A stretch of 25,467 bases of DNA from an uncultured Candidatus Bathyarchaeia archaeon (GTDB taxonomy: Archaea; Thermoproteota; Bathyarchaeia; Bathyarchaeales; Bathycorpusculaceae): positions 1-25,467 of the forward strand of contig CAYVGZ010000010.1 in the NCBI GenBank assembly GCA_964450845.1, in the 5' to 3' direction. The notes under the pieces were generated by a model. The model had not been told where the DNA came from, searched no databases, and saw only the letters and a list, made by a program, of their open reading frames with translations. Shown here piece by piece: positions 1-9,833 of the stretch (position 1 is the first letter of the stretch; the number at the start of each line of letters is the position of its first letter). Position numbers and translations under genes: made by a program.

Positions 1-53
1 TTTTTGATTTGACACGGAATTATATTCTGACTAATAATTTGACGGGAAAACTA

Positions 54-2855
54 ATGCAAAAGCCTCGATTCATTTCTATCAGTATGCTCGTCCTCGTTTT
101 AGTTAGCTTTTTCAATTTCGCAGTAGTCAACAAAGCCGCCGCTCTTACAGTCGTTACATACGTAATTGAGGCTTCAAAGGATGACGCATGGAGCAAAATC
201 AATGACGTAAAATGGGACACTGACGAATGTTACCTTTCAACCGCTGACATTATATCTGGTTGCAGGTGGCGCGTTAACATTTCTAAAGGAGCCACAATAC
301 TGAACGCAAATTTGATCTGCAGAGCCAGAAACAATATAAGCGGCAAAAATACGACGGTTAGAATAGAAGCATTTGACCAAGATTCATGCATTGATTTTGA
401 CGAAATTTTCTGGAATTGGCAAGCCATGAGTGAATACGTTGATTGGCGATTACCTGATCCATTTTTGCCTAACGCATGGTATACGTCCCCGGATCTTAAG
501 ACAATAATACAAGCATTCATAAATAGGCCTGGATACAATGTTGGAAACTATTTGGGCCTAAGAATAAAGTTCCAGTCAGGAGATTCCGCAGGACATGAAG
601 TTTGGTCGTGGGACTTTAATCCGACCTTTGCGGCAAGACTTGAAGTTGCCTATACGCCTCCAGAGTCTCCAGTTGCTGATTTCGCTTATACCCCAGAAAA
701 TCCTATCATAAATGAATTAGTCACTTTTGATGCAACTGCATCTTACTCACCTAGCAGCTTTATCGCAAAATATTCTTGGAACTTTGGCGATGCTACACCA
801 ATAGCAAACGAAACTGATCCAATAGTATTCCACAATTATACGGCGTCAGGATTCTACAACGTAACACTAATGGTAACAGATAATAATGGATTGACGAATT
901 CAACCACAAAAACAATAATAGTACGAAATCCCGGAGAACCCAACGCCTTTTTCACATATTGGCCTGAAAAACCGAAAGTAAACGAAACAGTAACATTCAA
1001 CGCTTCTTTATCATATGCCCCTGATGGTGTAATCGAAAGCTATGAATGGAGATTCGGTGATGGCGTAAACGCAACGGGGATTGTTGTAAATCATGCATAT
1101 AATTCAATTGGCATTTACATAGTAACCCTTAGAATTACGGACAATCATGATATGACTGATTCCAAGAATGAGACTATTTCAGTCAGCAAATATCCCATCG
1201 CTTCTTTTGAATACCAACCCATTAATCCTGTTGTCGGCGAAGTTGTTACCTTCAACGCGTCAACATCAACTCCAGACGGTGGATCTCTCGTTGCATATGG
1301 GTGGGATTTTGGCGACAATACTTCAATCGTTGAAACTAGTTCTATCACCAATCATATATATTCGAAACATGGAAATTACAGCGTAACTCTGAATGTGACC
1401 GACAGTGAAGGACTGTGGGACATCGCGTCAAAGAACGTAACTGTTCTGGCTCCTCCAATTGCTCTTTTTATGTATTCGCCTAACACACCAGTCGTAAATG
1501 AGTTCATAACTTTTGACGCCTCAGAAAGCTATGATCCTGACGGAACTGTGGTTGACTTTGCTTGGAATTTTGGAGACGGAAACACAACAGCAACCAATTA
1601 CAAAGTGATATCCCATGTTTATGCAGAACATGGAAATTACAGCGTAACTCTGACAGCCATAGACAATGATGGCTACAGCAACACCACATTTCACATTATA
1701 TCCGTGAATATACATGACATTGCAATTCTGAACGTTAGTGTTTCCAATAACGAAGCTGATATCGGCCAAGTCGTCAACATCACGGTTACTGTAAAAAACG
1801 AAGGAACTACAAGTGAATCTTTTAACTTCACCATATTTTGCAACTCAACTTCAATAGAAACTCTACTCGTGTCCAACTTGGCTGCTAACGCTGAAAGAAC
1901 GTTGATTTTTCAGTGGAACACATCTAACATAGGACAGCCGGCTAGCTTTTTAATCAGAGCCGAAGCGGATGTCATTGCTGGCGAAAACGATGTAGCAGAT
2001 AACACTTACACCGACGGTATCATAGAGGTTTCCCAAATCCCAAATGACAGAAATTCTTCTCCACCAGATTGTCAGTGGATGCTGTTCTTTCTGATTCCTC
2101 TTGCGATTCTGTTTTTTGTAGGAGGAATCATGTGGAGAAAGAAAAATTCAAACCAGAAATTTAGAGACTTCAACTTTTTTGACGAAATCACTGATGGAGG
2201 TATCCCAGATTCGTTCTCCGTGTTGGTAACAGGTAACCCTGGCTCGGGAAAGAGCATGTTTTGTCAACAGCTAACCTACAAGTTTCTAAATGTAGGAAAG
2301 CCATGCGTATACCTCACCTATGATTGTTTTCCAAATGAACTGCGAGAGAACATGAAAAAGTTCAATTGGGACGTATCTGAGTATGAAAAGGAAGGAAAAT
2401 TCGTTTTTGTCGACTGTTTTTCCTCAATTGCGCAAGTCACTAATAGAGAGAAGTATTCAGTTAATCAGCCTTTTTCACTATCCGATTTAGGTATTGTGAT
2501 GTCTAAAGCGACAAGTGAAGGAGCTAATGCACCTAAAGTGTTCCTTGACTCCATTGTGCCGCTCCTTACTCATATTGACCAGTCGAAAGTTGTCGAATTT
2601 CTGCAAGATCGAAGCGCGCGGATCAAAGGGGTTAATGGCACGTTTATTTTTACCGTAGGCAAGGAAGCAATCGAACCAAACCTCTTAAGTCGGTTAGAAG
2701 AAGTTGTCGATTGTGTAGTTGAAATGGATACAGACAAAAGTCAAGGAAAAACCGTCCAAAAATTGCGCATCAAAAAAATGCGGGGAAGAAAAGCTTCCGA
2801 TAAGTGGATTATATTTGACGTAAACCCTGCAAACGGCATAATATTTCGCGTTTAA
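54..2855 (+). CDS. Surface protein: signal peptide, N-terminal beta-sandwich (DNRLRE-like, tentative), 4 PKD repeats, CARDB-like Ig domain, single TM helix, cytoplasmic KaiC/RAD55-like ATPase domain
   Basis: The ORF opens at TTG 9; ATG 54 (MQKPRF) fits the signal peptide and a TATA-like TTATATTC at 20-27. Four PKD units with W(N/R/D)FGD cores at ~657-1710. CARDB-like HDIAILNVSV...VTVKNEG at ~1712-2030. TM WMLFFLIPLAILFFVGGIMW-RKK at 2076-2135. Walker A GNPGSGKS at 2232-2255, Walker B VFLDS, KMRG motif. Confidence 0.9.
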   Translation: MQKPRFISISMLVLVLVSFFNFAVVNKAAALTVVTYVIEASKDDAWSKINDVKWDTDECYLSTADIISGCRWRVNISKGATILNANLICRARNNISGKNTTVRIEAFDQDSCIDFDEIFWNWQAMSEYVDWRLPDPFLPNAWYTSPDLKTIIQAFINRPGYNVGNYLGLRIKFQSGDSAGHEVWSWDFNPTFAARLEVAYTPPESPVADFAYTPENPIINELVTFDATASYSPSSFIAKYSWNFGDATPIANETDPIVFHNYTASGFYNVTLMVTDNNGLTNSTTKTIIVRNPGEPNAFFTYWPEKPKVNETVTFNASLSYAPDGVIESYEWRFGDGVNATGIVVNHAYNSIGIYIVTLRITDNHDMTDSKNETISVSKYPIASFEYQPINPVVGEVVTFNASTSTPDGGSLVAYGWDFGDNTSIVETSSITNHIYSKHGNYSVTLNVTDSEGLWDIASKNVTVLAPPIALFMYSPNTPVVNEFITFDASESYDPDGTVVDFAWNFGDGNTTATNYKVISHVYAEHGNYSVTLTAIDNDGYSNTTFHIISVNIHDIAILNVSVSNNEADIGQVVNITVTVKNEGTTSESFNFTIFCNSTSIETLLVSNLAANAERTLIFQWNTSNIGQPASFLIRAEADVIAGENDVADNTYTDGIIEVSQIPNDRNSSPPDCQWMLFFLIPLAILFFVGGIMWRKKNSNQKFRDFNFFDEITDGGIPDSFSVLVTGNPGSGKSMFCQQLTYKFLNVGKPCVYLTYDCFPNELRENMKKFNWDVSEYEKEGKFVFVDCFSSIAQVTNREKYSVNQPFSLSDLGIVMSKATSEGANAPKVFLDSIVPLLTHIDQSKVVEFLQDRSARIKGVNGTFIFTVGKEAIEPNLLSRLEEVVDCVVEMDTDKSQGKTVQKLRIKKMRGRKASDKWIIFDVNPANGIIFRV
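1366..1653 (+). repeat. 27-bp exact intragenic direct repeat AACATGGAAATTACAGCGTAACTCTGA (1366-1392 and 1627-1653) in PKD3 and PKD4
   Basis: Read directly. Both copies encode HGNYSVTL. Confidence 0.9.
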
Positions 2856-2856
2856 G

Positions 2857-3627
2857 CTAAGTTTGCAAAGTTGAAGCTGTTATTGGGATTCCGATTATTG
2901 ATTTTTCTTGAGGAAACACTTCTATGCCGTTCTCAGTTATTTTATATGGACGGATTTGATTATCATGAGCAATTCCACGCATTTTTTCAACCTGTACGCC
3001 TCTGACAATCTCCTTGTCACTCACAAACGTGTGAAGCAGTATAACCCCGTGGGCTAGAAATTCCTCACTGCGAATTTCCCTTTCTAAAGTGACGCTTCTA
3101 AGCTCGTTAGTGATCAAGTTAGTTGTTCCCAGATTTGTGAGAGCTTCAAACAGATCTAGAACTGCTGTTCGCCTCTCTGAAACGTCACTATATAGGAACA
3201 TTAGGGCAGTAATCGGGTCAATAACGATGCGTTTTGCGTTCATTTTCTCAACGTTTTTCTTGATAATTTCTATGAGACTGATTGAGCTGAAATTTCTTTT
3301 ACCAACCCATAAATCGCCAACTTTGACCTCTCCGGGTATGTGCCGAATCGGGGAGGCATCAACAATCGCAAGTCTTCCTTTCTTTTCCAACTTCTCAAGA
3401 TCCCAGCCAAAGCTTGTCATTTCCTCCCTAAGGTGGCTTATGTCTTCGTCAAGAGAAACATACAATCCAGGCTCGTTACATTGAACTACACCATAATGTA
3501 AAAATTGCATACTAAGGATTGTCTTGCCAGACCCTGGACCGCCACATACTAAAATGCAACGACCAAACGGTAAACCACCATTTAACATTTTATCTAAGCC
3601 ATCAATGCCAGCAAGGACCTTCTTCAT
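2857..3627 (-). CDS. KaiC-like/RAD55 family ATPase (COG0467), single domain
   Basis: MKKVLAGIDGLDKMLNGG start (the ORF extends to 3660), Walker A GGPGSGKT, YVSLDE, Walker B IVIDP, EEFLAHGVILL, EKMRG. Confidence 0.93.
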   Translation of the reverse strand: MKKVLAGIDGLDKMLNGGLPFGRCILVCGGPGSGKTILSMQFLHYGVVQCNEPGLYVSLDEDISHLREEMTSFGWDLEKLEKKGRLAIVDASPIRHIPGEVKVGDLWVGKRNFSSISLIEIIKKNVEKMNAKRIVIDPITALMFLYSDVSERRTAVLDLFEALTNLGTTNLITNELRSVTLEREIRSEEFLAHGVILLHTFVSDKEIVRGVQVEKMRGIAHDNQIRPYKITENGIEVFPQEKSIIGIPITASTLQT

Positions 3628-3672
3628 AAACATCCGATAGAGCATGAAGTGTTGAGTCATAAAAAACTTTTG

Positions 3673-3687
3673 TGAATTACGAATTCA
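3673..3687. promoter_or_regulatory. Palindrome TGAATT-ACG-AATTCA in the divergent kaiC-like/galT intergenic region, candidate operator
   Basis: Perfect 6-bp inverted repeat with 3-bp spacer. Function is inferred from position only. Confidence 0.35.
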
Positions 3688-3791
3688 TATTTTGGAGACC
3701 TCACTAAGATTTAATAGGGCAAAAAATATGGTGCTTTCGGAAAATGCTAAATGTTGTATGCGTTAAATCTAGTATTGTTGGAAGTTTAACC

Positions 3792-4829
3792 ATGACCTTT
3801 AACGAGCTTCGCAAGGATTATTTGCTTGACCGTTGGGTTGTAATAGCAACTGAACGTGGTCGCCGACCCACAGACTTTGCTAAACAGCAAAGAGAAAAAG
3901 CCAAAATCAGCATCTGCCCCATGTGCCCAGGCAACGAACACATGACACCACCAGCAACCCTGGTCTATCTTGAATCGGGTAAAGGCATTAGAAAAGTCAA
4001 GGATAAAAACGGTTTTAGACACAAAAACTGGCTAATCCGTTGCATACCGAACCTTTATCCAGCCTTTGCCCCACCAAAAGAGAAGATCAGCCGAAAGCAA
4101 ATTATGAAACGCAGCGATTTAGTTGCGGCTGTCGGGCACCACGAGGTTCTGGTTGAATCGCCAAATCATGATGAACACCCTGCAAATGCAAAAATTTCGC
4201 AACTGGCGCATGTGATTAATGCCTACGTTGATAGACTTCGTGAACTTTCAGCAAAACCATACGTGCAGTACGTCTCCATTTTCCGCAACCACGGCATAGA
4301 AGCTGGAGCCTCACTTTCTCACGCTCACAGCCAAATAATTGCAACACCCTTCATCCCAAAGACTGTTGAAGAAGAGCTTAACGCAGGTAGAAAATTCTGG
4401 AAACAAAACAAAAAGTGCGTTTTCTGCGACATTCTGGAAAAAGAGCGTAAAGGACCACGACTTATTCTTGAAAACTCCAAGTTTGTAGTTTTCGCTCCGT
4501 ATGCAAGTGTCCACCCCTTAGAATTCTGGATACTGCCCAAAAGACATGAAGCTACATTGCTTAGCATGCAACAAAGTGAAGTGGGAACCTTTGCTAAAAC
4601 ATTAAAAACATGTCTAGGCGGATTGAAGCAGTTAGTGAATGACCCACCTTACAACTACGGTTTCCACTTAGCCATAAACAAGGATGCCCGCAAATATTAT
4701 CATTGGCATCTGGAAGTCTATCCCAAACTTGCGATTTGGGCTGGATTTGAAATAAGCACGGGAATGTACATAAACACCGTTACTCCAGAGTCGGCAGCTA
4801 AAAGCCTCAGAGAAACAATTTCACCTTAA
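3792..4829 (+). CDS. galT: GalT-family nucleotidyltransferase (HIT-like)
   Basis: ELRKDYLLDRWVVIATERGRRP, Zn motif CPMCPGNE, active-site GASLSHAHSQ (HxHxQ), HWHLEVYP. ATG 3792 chosen; the ORF opens at 3744. Confidence 0.9.
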   Translation: MTFNELRKDYLLDRWVVIATERGRRPTDFAKQQREKAKISICPMCPGNEHMTPPATLVYLESGKGIRKVKDKNGFRHKNWLIRCIPNLYPAFAPPKEKISRKQIMKRSDLVAAVGHHEVLVESPNHDEHPANAKISQLAHVINAYVDRLRELSAKPYVQYVSIFRNHGIEAGASLSHAHSQIIATPFIPKTVEEELNAGRKFWKQNKKCVFCDILEKERKGPRLILENSKFVVFAPYASVHPLEFWILPKRHEATLLSMQQSEVGTFAKTLKTCLGGLKQLVNDPPYNYGFHLAINKDARKYYHWHLEVYPKLAIWAGFEISTGMYINTVTPESAAKSLRETISP

Positions 4830-6908
4830 GCCCTGTAAAACTTCTTTTTCATGTTTTGGTCTATCTTGCCTGACGTCTTCTACATAGGCTCTGAAGGGTT
4901 CCGCTATGCTCCACGCTTGGGTTATGCAGCCTCTAGGCGTATGCGGCGGTTCTCCATCGAAAATTTCGCTTATACTTCCAAGTCCAGCCTTAAAAATTTG
5001 CTCAGCAAACAACGGTAAAAGAAAATTTTTTAGGGCATATTCACGTCTAAATTCTGCATACCCCTTGGTTTTTAGAAATGCCGTTGTGAAGGCGCCTAGC
5101 AACCAAGGCCACACTGTGCCATTGTGGTAAGCTTTGTCTCTGCTTCCCCTATCTCCAGCATAAACTCCAACGTATCGCGGGTCATTTCTTGTGAGGGTTC
5201 TTAAACCGTAAGGCGTCAAAAGTTCACGATTTACGGTGTCAACAATTTTTTCGTTTTTAACGTTATCAAGCATAGTGAAATCTAAAGCAGCCGCAAAAAT
5301 TTGATTAGGTCTCAGAGAGTCATCCTTGCCATATTCGCTTACAACATCGAATAAGCAGTTCTTTTCCAAGTTCCAGAATTTTTCAGCAAAATTTTCCCTT
5401 GCCTTTTCTGCCATTTGAAAGTATTCTTCAGCTTCACTTTTTTCCCCGAATTTGTTTGCCAAAAGTTCCATAGTTTTTAACGCGTTATACCATAATGCTT
5501 GAATCTCAACGGCTTTTCCAGTTCTTGGAGTTATCGGCTGACCGTTTACGATTGCATCCATCCATGTCAATTGTGAACCGTGACAAAGTAAACCGTCGCT
5601 GTCCATGTGTATGTCGAAGGCTGTTCCTTTCACGTGATTTTCAATGACTGCTTTTAGGGTTTCCCAAAGTTGCTCTTGAACGAATTTAAAATCACCTGTA
5701 TATTTCAAGTATTGTAGCACCGCATTCACAAACCACAAAGTCGCGTCAACAGAGTTATAGGCCGGTTGTCCCAATTGGTCTGGAATAAAGTTGGGAATCA
5801 AACCTTGTTTGCAGTGTTTTTTGAAGGTTAAGAAAACTTTTTTTGCATCTTCAAATCTGCCAGTTATAAGCAGTAACCCGGGCAATGAAATTAATGCGTC
5901 TCTTCCCCAAGCCTCAAACCAATGATAACCAGCAATGACAGACTTTTGCGCATCATCTGCTCCTTTAACTATAAACATGTCTGTAGCCAAAATAATCCAG
6001 TTTAGCCAATCATTTATAGGAATGGTTTTGTGATTTTCATAAAATTTCGTCAATGAATCTTCTCGACTTTTCATTTCTCGCTCGCGTAAGGCTTCTATGT
6101 CATACATGGTAACAGGCATTTCAGTCAGAATTTTTGGTGGACCTGTCTCGTTTTTATCTGCAACAGCTGTTATTGCGAAATTTTCATTTTTGTTCGCTTT
6201 TATATTTACCTCAAAGTATCCAAGCTGATAACAGTCATCTAGACAGTTTTCTCCGCGCATTGCTTCCTCGCGATAGTATATTCTCTCGATCCACCTTCCA
6301 GTATCGTAATAACGCCCGTCTGTCGTTTTCATCGTTAGCAAAGACTGGGGAATATTGGGGAAGCTTACGTTCACTTCGTTGTCTGCCAGCTTTTGGACAA
6401 GCTGCCATGGATTTTTGGATTTATCCGTAACCGAGTGGATGTGTCTGCAGTTTATTAGTGGAAAAACTCGGATTTTAACATCAAAAATATTTCCATTTAA
6501 AATCTTATAGATAGTTACAGCGGCATTTTTTTCATGAGGCATGAAAATGGTTTTTTGAACTTCAACGTTTTGCATTGCATAAACGTATTTTGGAAAGGGT
6601 AAAATTGAAAATTCTTTTAGGAATGTGTGTCCTTTTGGGAAGATGCCGTTTTGGAACTCGTTCGCGCCAAGCGGATAAATGTTATTTCCTACGAGTATCT
6701 CTTCGTCCAGTTTTGCTAAGCATATCCTTCGATCTCCTGGTGGATGATAAGCAGCTACGAGCAGTCCATGATATTTTCTTGTGTTTATGCCCAAAACCGT
6801 GGAAGAGGCATAACCGCCTAAACCATTTGTTACAATCCATTCTTTTCCGATGGCATCATTGAATTGGGAAAGCGTTGCACTGCTGAGAATTATGGATGAT
6901 AACTTCAT
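4821..6908 (-). CDS. Glycogen debranching enzyme, archaeal type (amylo-alpha-1,6-glucosidase)
   Basis: EWIVTNGLGGYASST...RKYHGLL N-terminal domain; IAGYHWFEAWGRD, YNSVDATLWF, LTWMD, LRPNQ, AYHNGTVWPWL, QAWS motifs. The 3' end overlaps galT by 9 bp. Confidence 0.93.
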   Translation of the reverse strand: MKLSSIILSSATLSQFNDAIGKEWIVTNGLGGYASSTVLGINTRKYHGLLVAAYHPPGDRRICLAKLDEEILVGNNIYPLGANEFQNGIFPKGHTFLKEFSILPFPKYVYAMQNVEVQKTIFMPHEKNAAVTIYKILNGNIFDVKIRVFPLINCRHIHSVTDKSKNPWQLVQKLADNEVNVSFPNIPQSLLTMKTTDGRYYDTGRWIERIYYREEAMRGENCLDDCYQLGYFEVNIKANKNENFAITAVADKNETGPPKILTEMPVTMYDIEALREREMKSREDSLTKFYENHKTIPINDWLNWIILATDMFIVKGADDAQKSVIAGYHWFEAWGRDALISLPGLLLITGRFEDAKKVFLTFKKHCKQGLIPNFIPDQLGQPAYNSVDATLWFVNAVLQYLKYTGDFKFVQEQLWETLKAVIENHVKGTAFDIHMDSDGLLCHGSQLTWMDAIVNGQPITPRTGKAVEIQALWYNALKTMELLANKFGEKSEAEEYFQMAEKARENFAEKFWNLEKNCLFDVVSEYGKDDSLRPNQIFAAALDFTMLDNVKNEKIVDTVNRELLTPYGLRTLTRNDPRYVGVYAGDRGSRDKAYHNGTVWPWLLGAFTTAFLKTKGYAEFRREYALKNFLLPLFAEQIFKAGLGSISEIFDGEPPHTPRGCITQAWSIAEPFRAYVEDVRQDRPKHEKEVLQGLR

Positions 6909-7790
6909 TTACGGCATCAGCTTTGCAACATTTTTTTCTCTTGAAGCACCAAAAAAGTTTGCCATGGGATTACATTTAATTCTAAAAAGTAAGGCGTGAG
7001 GCTTTGTCAGCTTAGATTCTGTTAGAGTTTCTACATAACCCATACCCTTAGCAAAAACGATATCGACAGAATTGTAAACATTAAGGAATTCTGCTGAAAC
7101 TTCTTTAAAGGGCAACCCAACGGCGTCTGTTCCAGTAGTTATTATTTTGTCTGCAATCTTGCTCATTCCAGAAATTTCCGCGTCTTCTAAGGTGGCGTCG
7201 TTAATTACTGGTCCGCCTTTAACACCCACAATCACGTTTACACCCATATTTTTTAATTGTTCAACAAGCAATGTGTCAAAAACTATTTCTCCAGCATTGT
7301 CCGTCAGAAAAAGAATGGTGTTTGCCTTTTTTGCTAATTCGTAAATTTTGTCCATGTCATTTATGACTAAATCTTTCCCAGCCTCGCGAAGGTTTTTTCT
7401 TAAACTATTAAATGTGAAATTGTGGCCAATTATGTCAAATTCTATCATGTTGCCGACTATGGCGCATAAACATGCTTTTTTAAACCTATCTTGCTGAGAA
7501 TAGCCTTCTTCAACCAGTTTTCTTGCATATGGCAAAAGTTTCAAGGCTTTTTCGTTGCTTATCCTTTTTCTTCTTTTGTAAGGGTCATCGTTGCCAGTTA
7601 TTCTTTTTATTAAACGGTCCCTTTTTGTGCCCAAATCTGCAGGAACCGCTGACGGTCTAAACTCTTTATTCAACAATCGCAAAAGTTCACCTATTGCCCT
7701 GAACCGCAATGCAGGATTTGATGTGGCTTCTATGGCTTCGGCTGCTGCTCTACTGATTATGCATGCGGCGCATTCTGCTTCAACTTTCAA
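6909..7790 (-). CDS. ARMT1-like/DUF89 damage-control phosphatase
   Basis: ECAACI N-terminus, DPYKRRK, GNMIEF, DNAGEIVFD, PVINDAT, KGMG. Its TAA directly abuts the ATG of the debranching enzyme. Confidence 0.88.
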   Translation of the reverse strand: MKVEAECAACIISRAAAEAIEATSNPALRFRAIGELLRLLNKEFRPSAVPADLGTKRDRLIKRITGNDDPYKRRKRISNEKALKLLPYARKLVEEGYSQQDRFKKACLCAIVGNMIEFDIIGHNFTFNSLRKNLREAGKDLVINDMDKIYELAKKANTILFLTDNAGEIVFDTLLVEQLKNMGVNVIVGVKGGPVINDATLEDAEISGMSKIADKIITTGTDAVGLPFKEVSAEFLNVYNSVDIVFAKGMGYVETLTESKLTKPHALLFRIKCNPMANFFGASREKNVAKLMP

Positions 7791-7796
7791 TGTTTT

Positions 7797-8552
<756 letters not shown>

Positions 8553-8554
8553 TT

Positions 8555-8589
8555 AATAATGGAGATGTCTCCCGCAAAACCCCATTTTT
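8555..8589 (+). repeat. 35-bp imperfect direct repeat, copy 1 (AATAATGGAGATGTCTCCCGCAAAACCCCATTTTT)
   Basis: 31/35 identical to 10431-10465. Contains the near-palindrome GGAGATGTCTCC. Confidence 0.85.
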
Positions 8590-8609
8590 TTCAATAGAGC
8601 TTTTGGCTT

Positions 8610-9833
8610 TCATATTTTCTGCATTACGTAAAATGCTGAGCTGTATTTTCTGGGGTTTCTTTTCACCATGTCAACCTCATTTTGATGTTTCCTGAGTATC
8701 CTTAGGGCTCCAGGATTGCTCTTATATTTTGCTCGAAGTTCTTTAATTCGCATTTCTAGAGGTCTATAGTATTCTGTCCAGTGCGCGTCTTCGGGCAACG
8801 AAAAATGATTCAGAAGCTTGTATCCAAGACTGGGTACCTTCTTGGGTTTATCTAACATTTCTCTAGTTTCCGAGTGGATAACCAAGAAACCACCAGGCTT
8901 AAGTAGCCGTCTCCATTCCCTGAGTCCTTTTTCGAAACCTATAACAGAGATTGAGCCCTCTGCCCAGATGATGTCGAAACTCTCATCTGGGAAATCCATC
9001 TCAAACATGGAGCGTTTCCTTGTTTCCACTCTATTCGAAAGGCCTTCTCTTTCAGTCTTTCTATTCAGTTGATCAAGAAGGGTTTGATCTATGTCTAGTC
9101 CTACTACTTCGCCTTTACTCAACTTGGCCAGCGCGATGGTTGGGACACCTGACCCGCAACCGACATCAAGTATGCGTGGCTTTTCCAGTTCAGGAAGCAG
9201 CTGAAAGGCTTTTCTTGTGTACTTGAGCAATCGCGCTCTGAAACGATCCAGATCTATCTCAGAATACAAATCTTTGGACATGAATTTATTCGCGCGCACC
9301 TGAGACCGCTCTTTTCTGTGTCGCAATAGTCGTAGGATGCCAATTAAAAAATTCATCCTCGGGACCCTTTCCATGTATCGCCTGTAATCATCGCCAAACT
9401 TTTCAACACTCATCTGCTCTTCTCTCAGCACATCCTTGTAAAACAAAGCATATCCCAGTACTCCAGAAATCACACTCAGCCAATGTTGAGACATCAGAAC
9501 CAGTGCAAGCACAAACAACATGAAACCCAGATATTGTGGATGCCTGATAACAGCGTAAACTCCACTATCAACGAGAACCGTTGTGTGAACAATGCTTTCT
9601 CCCTTTGGCACTCCACCCTTCTTTCGAAATTCGCCACCAGCCAAAAAGATGATGACAACACTGAACACCAGCAGAATCCAACCAGCATAAACAAGGAAAT
9701 CGAGGCTGTAATAGTTGTAGAAAACAAAGACCATTACGATTGGCAAGAACATCAAAATACTATATGCCCAAAACAAAGGGTCACGTTTCCAAGAGTAGCT
9801 TGACTGAGCCGCTTCTTCATCCAATATGATCAC
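8610..9833 (-). CDS. Fusion of an ICMT/PEMT-family membrane methyltransferase and a class I SAM-dependent methyltransferase
   Basis: N-half has TM helices, LVDSGVYAVIRHPQY and EKFGDDY..Y...VPR. C-half has ILDVGCGSG, GLDID and FDIIWAEGS. The GTG start overlaps the upstream TGA (GTGA). Confidence 0.85.
   Translation of the reverse strand: MIILDEEAAQSSYSWKRDPLFWAYSILMFLPIVMVFVFYNYYSLDFLVYAGWILLVFSVVIIFLAGGEFRKKGGVPKGESIVHTTVLVDSGVYAVIRHPQYLGFMLFVLALVLMSQHWLSVISGVLGYALFYKDVLREEQMSVEKFGDDYRRYMERVPRMNFLIGILRLLRHRKERSQVRANKFMSKDLYSEIDLDRFRARLLKYTRKAFQLLPELEKPRILDVGCGSGVPTIALAKLSKGEVVGLDIDQTLLDQLNRKTEREGLSNRVETRKRSMFEMDFPDESFDIIWAEGSISVIGFEKGLREWRRLLKPGGFLVIHSETREMLDKPKKVPSLGYKLLNHFSLPEDAHWTEYYRPLEMRIKELRAKYKSNPGALRILRKHQNEVDMVKRNPRKYSSAFYVMQKI

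Noticed and set aside
2857-3660. True circadian clock (kaiABC)
   Set aside because: Single-domain ATPases without the S/T phosphosites, and no kaiA or kaiB in the window.
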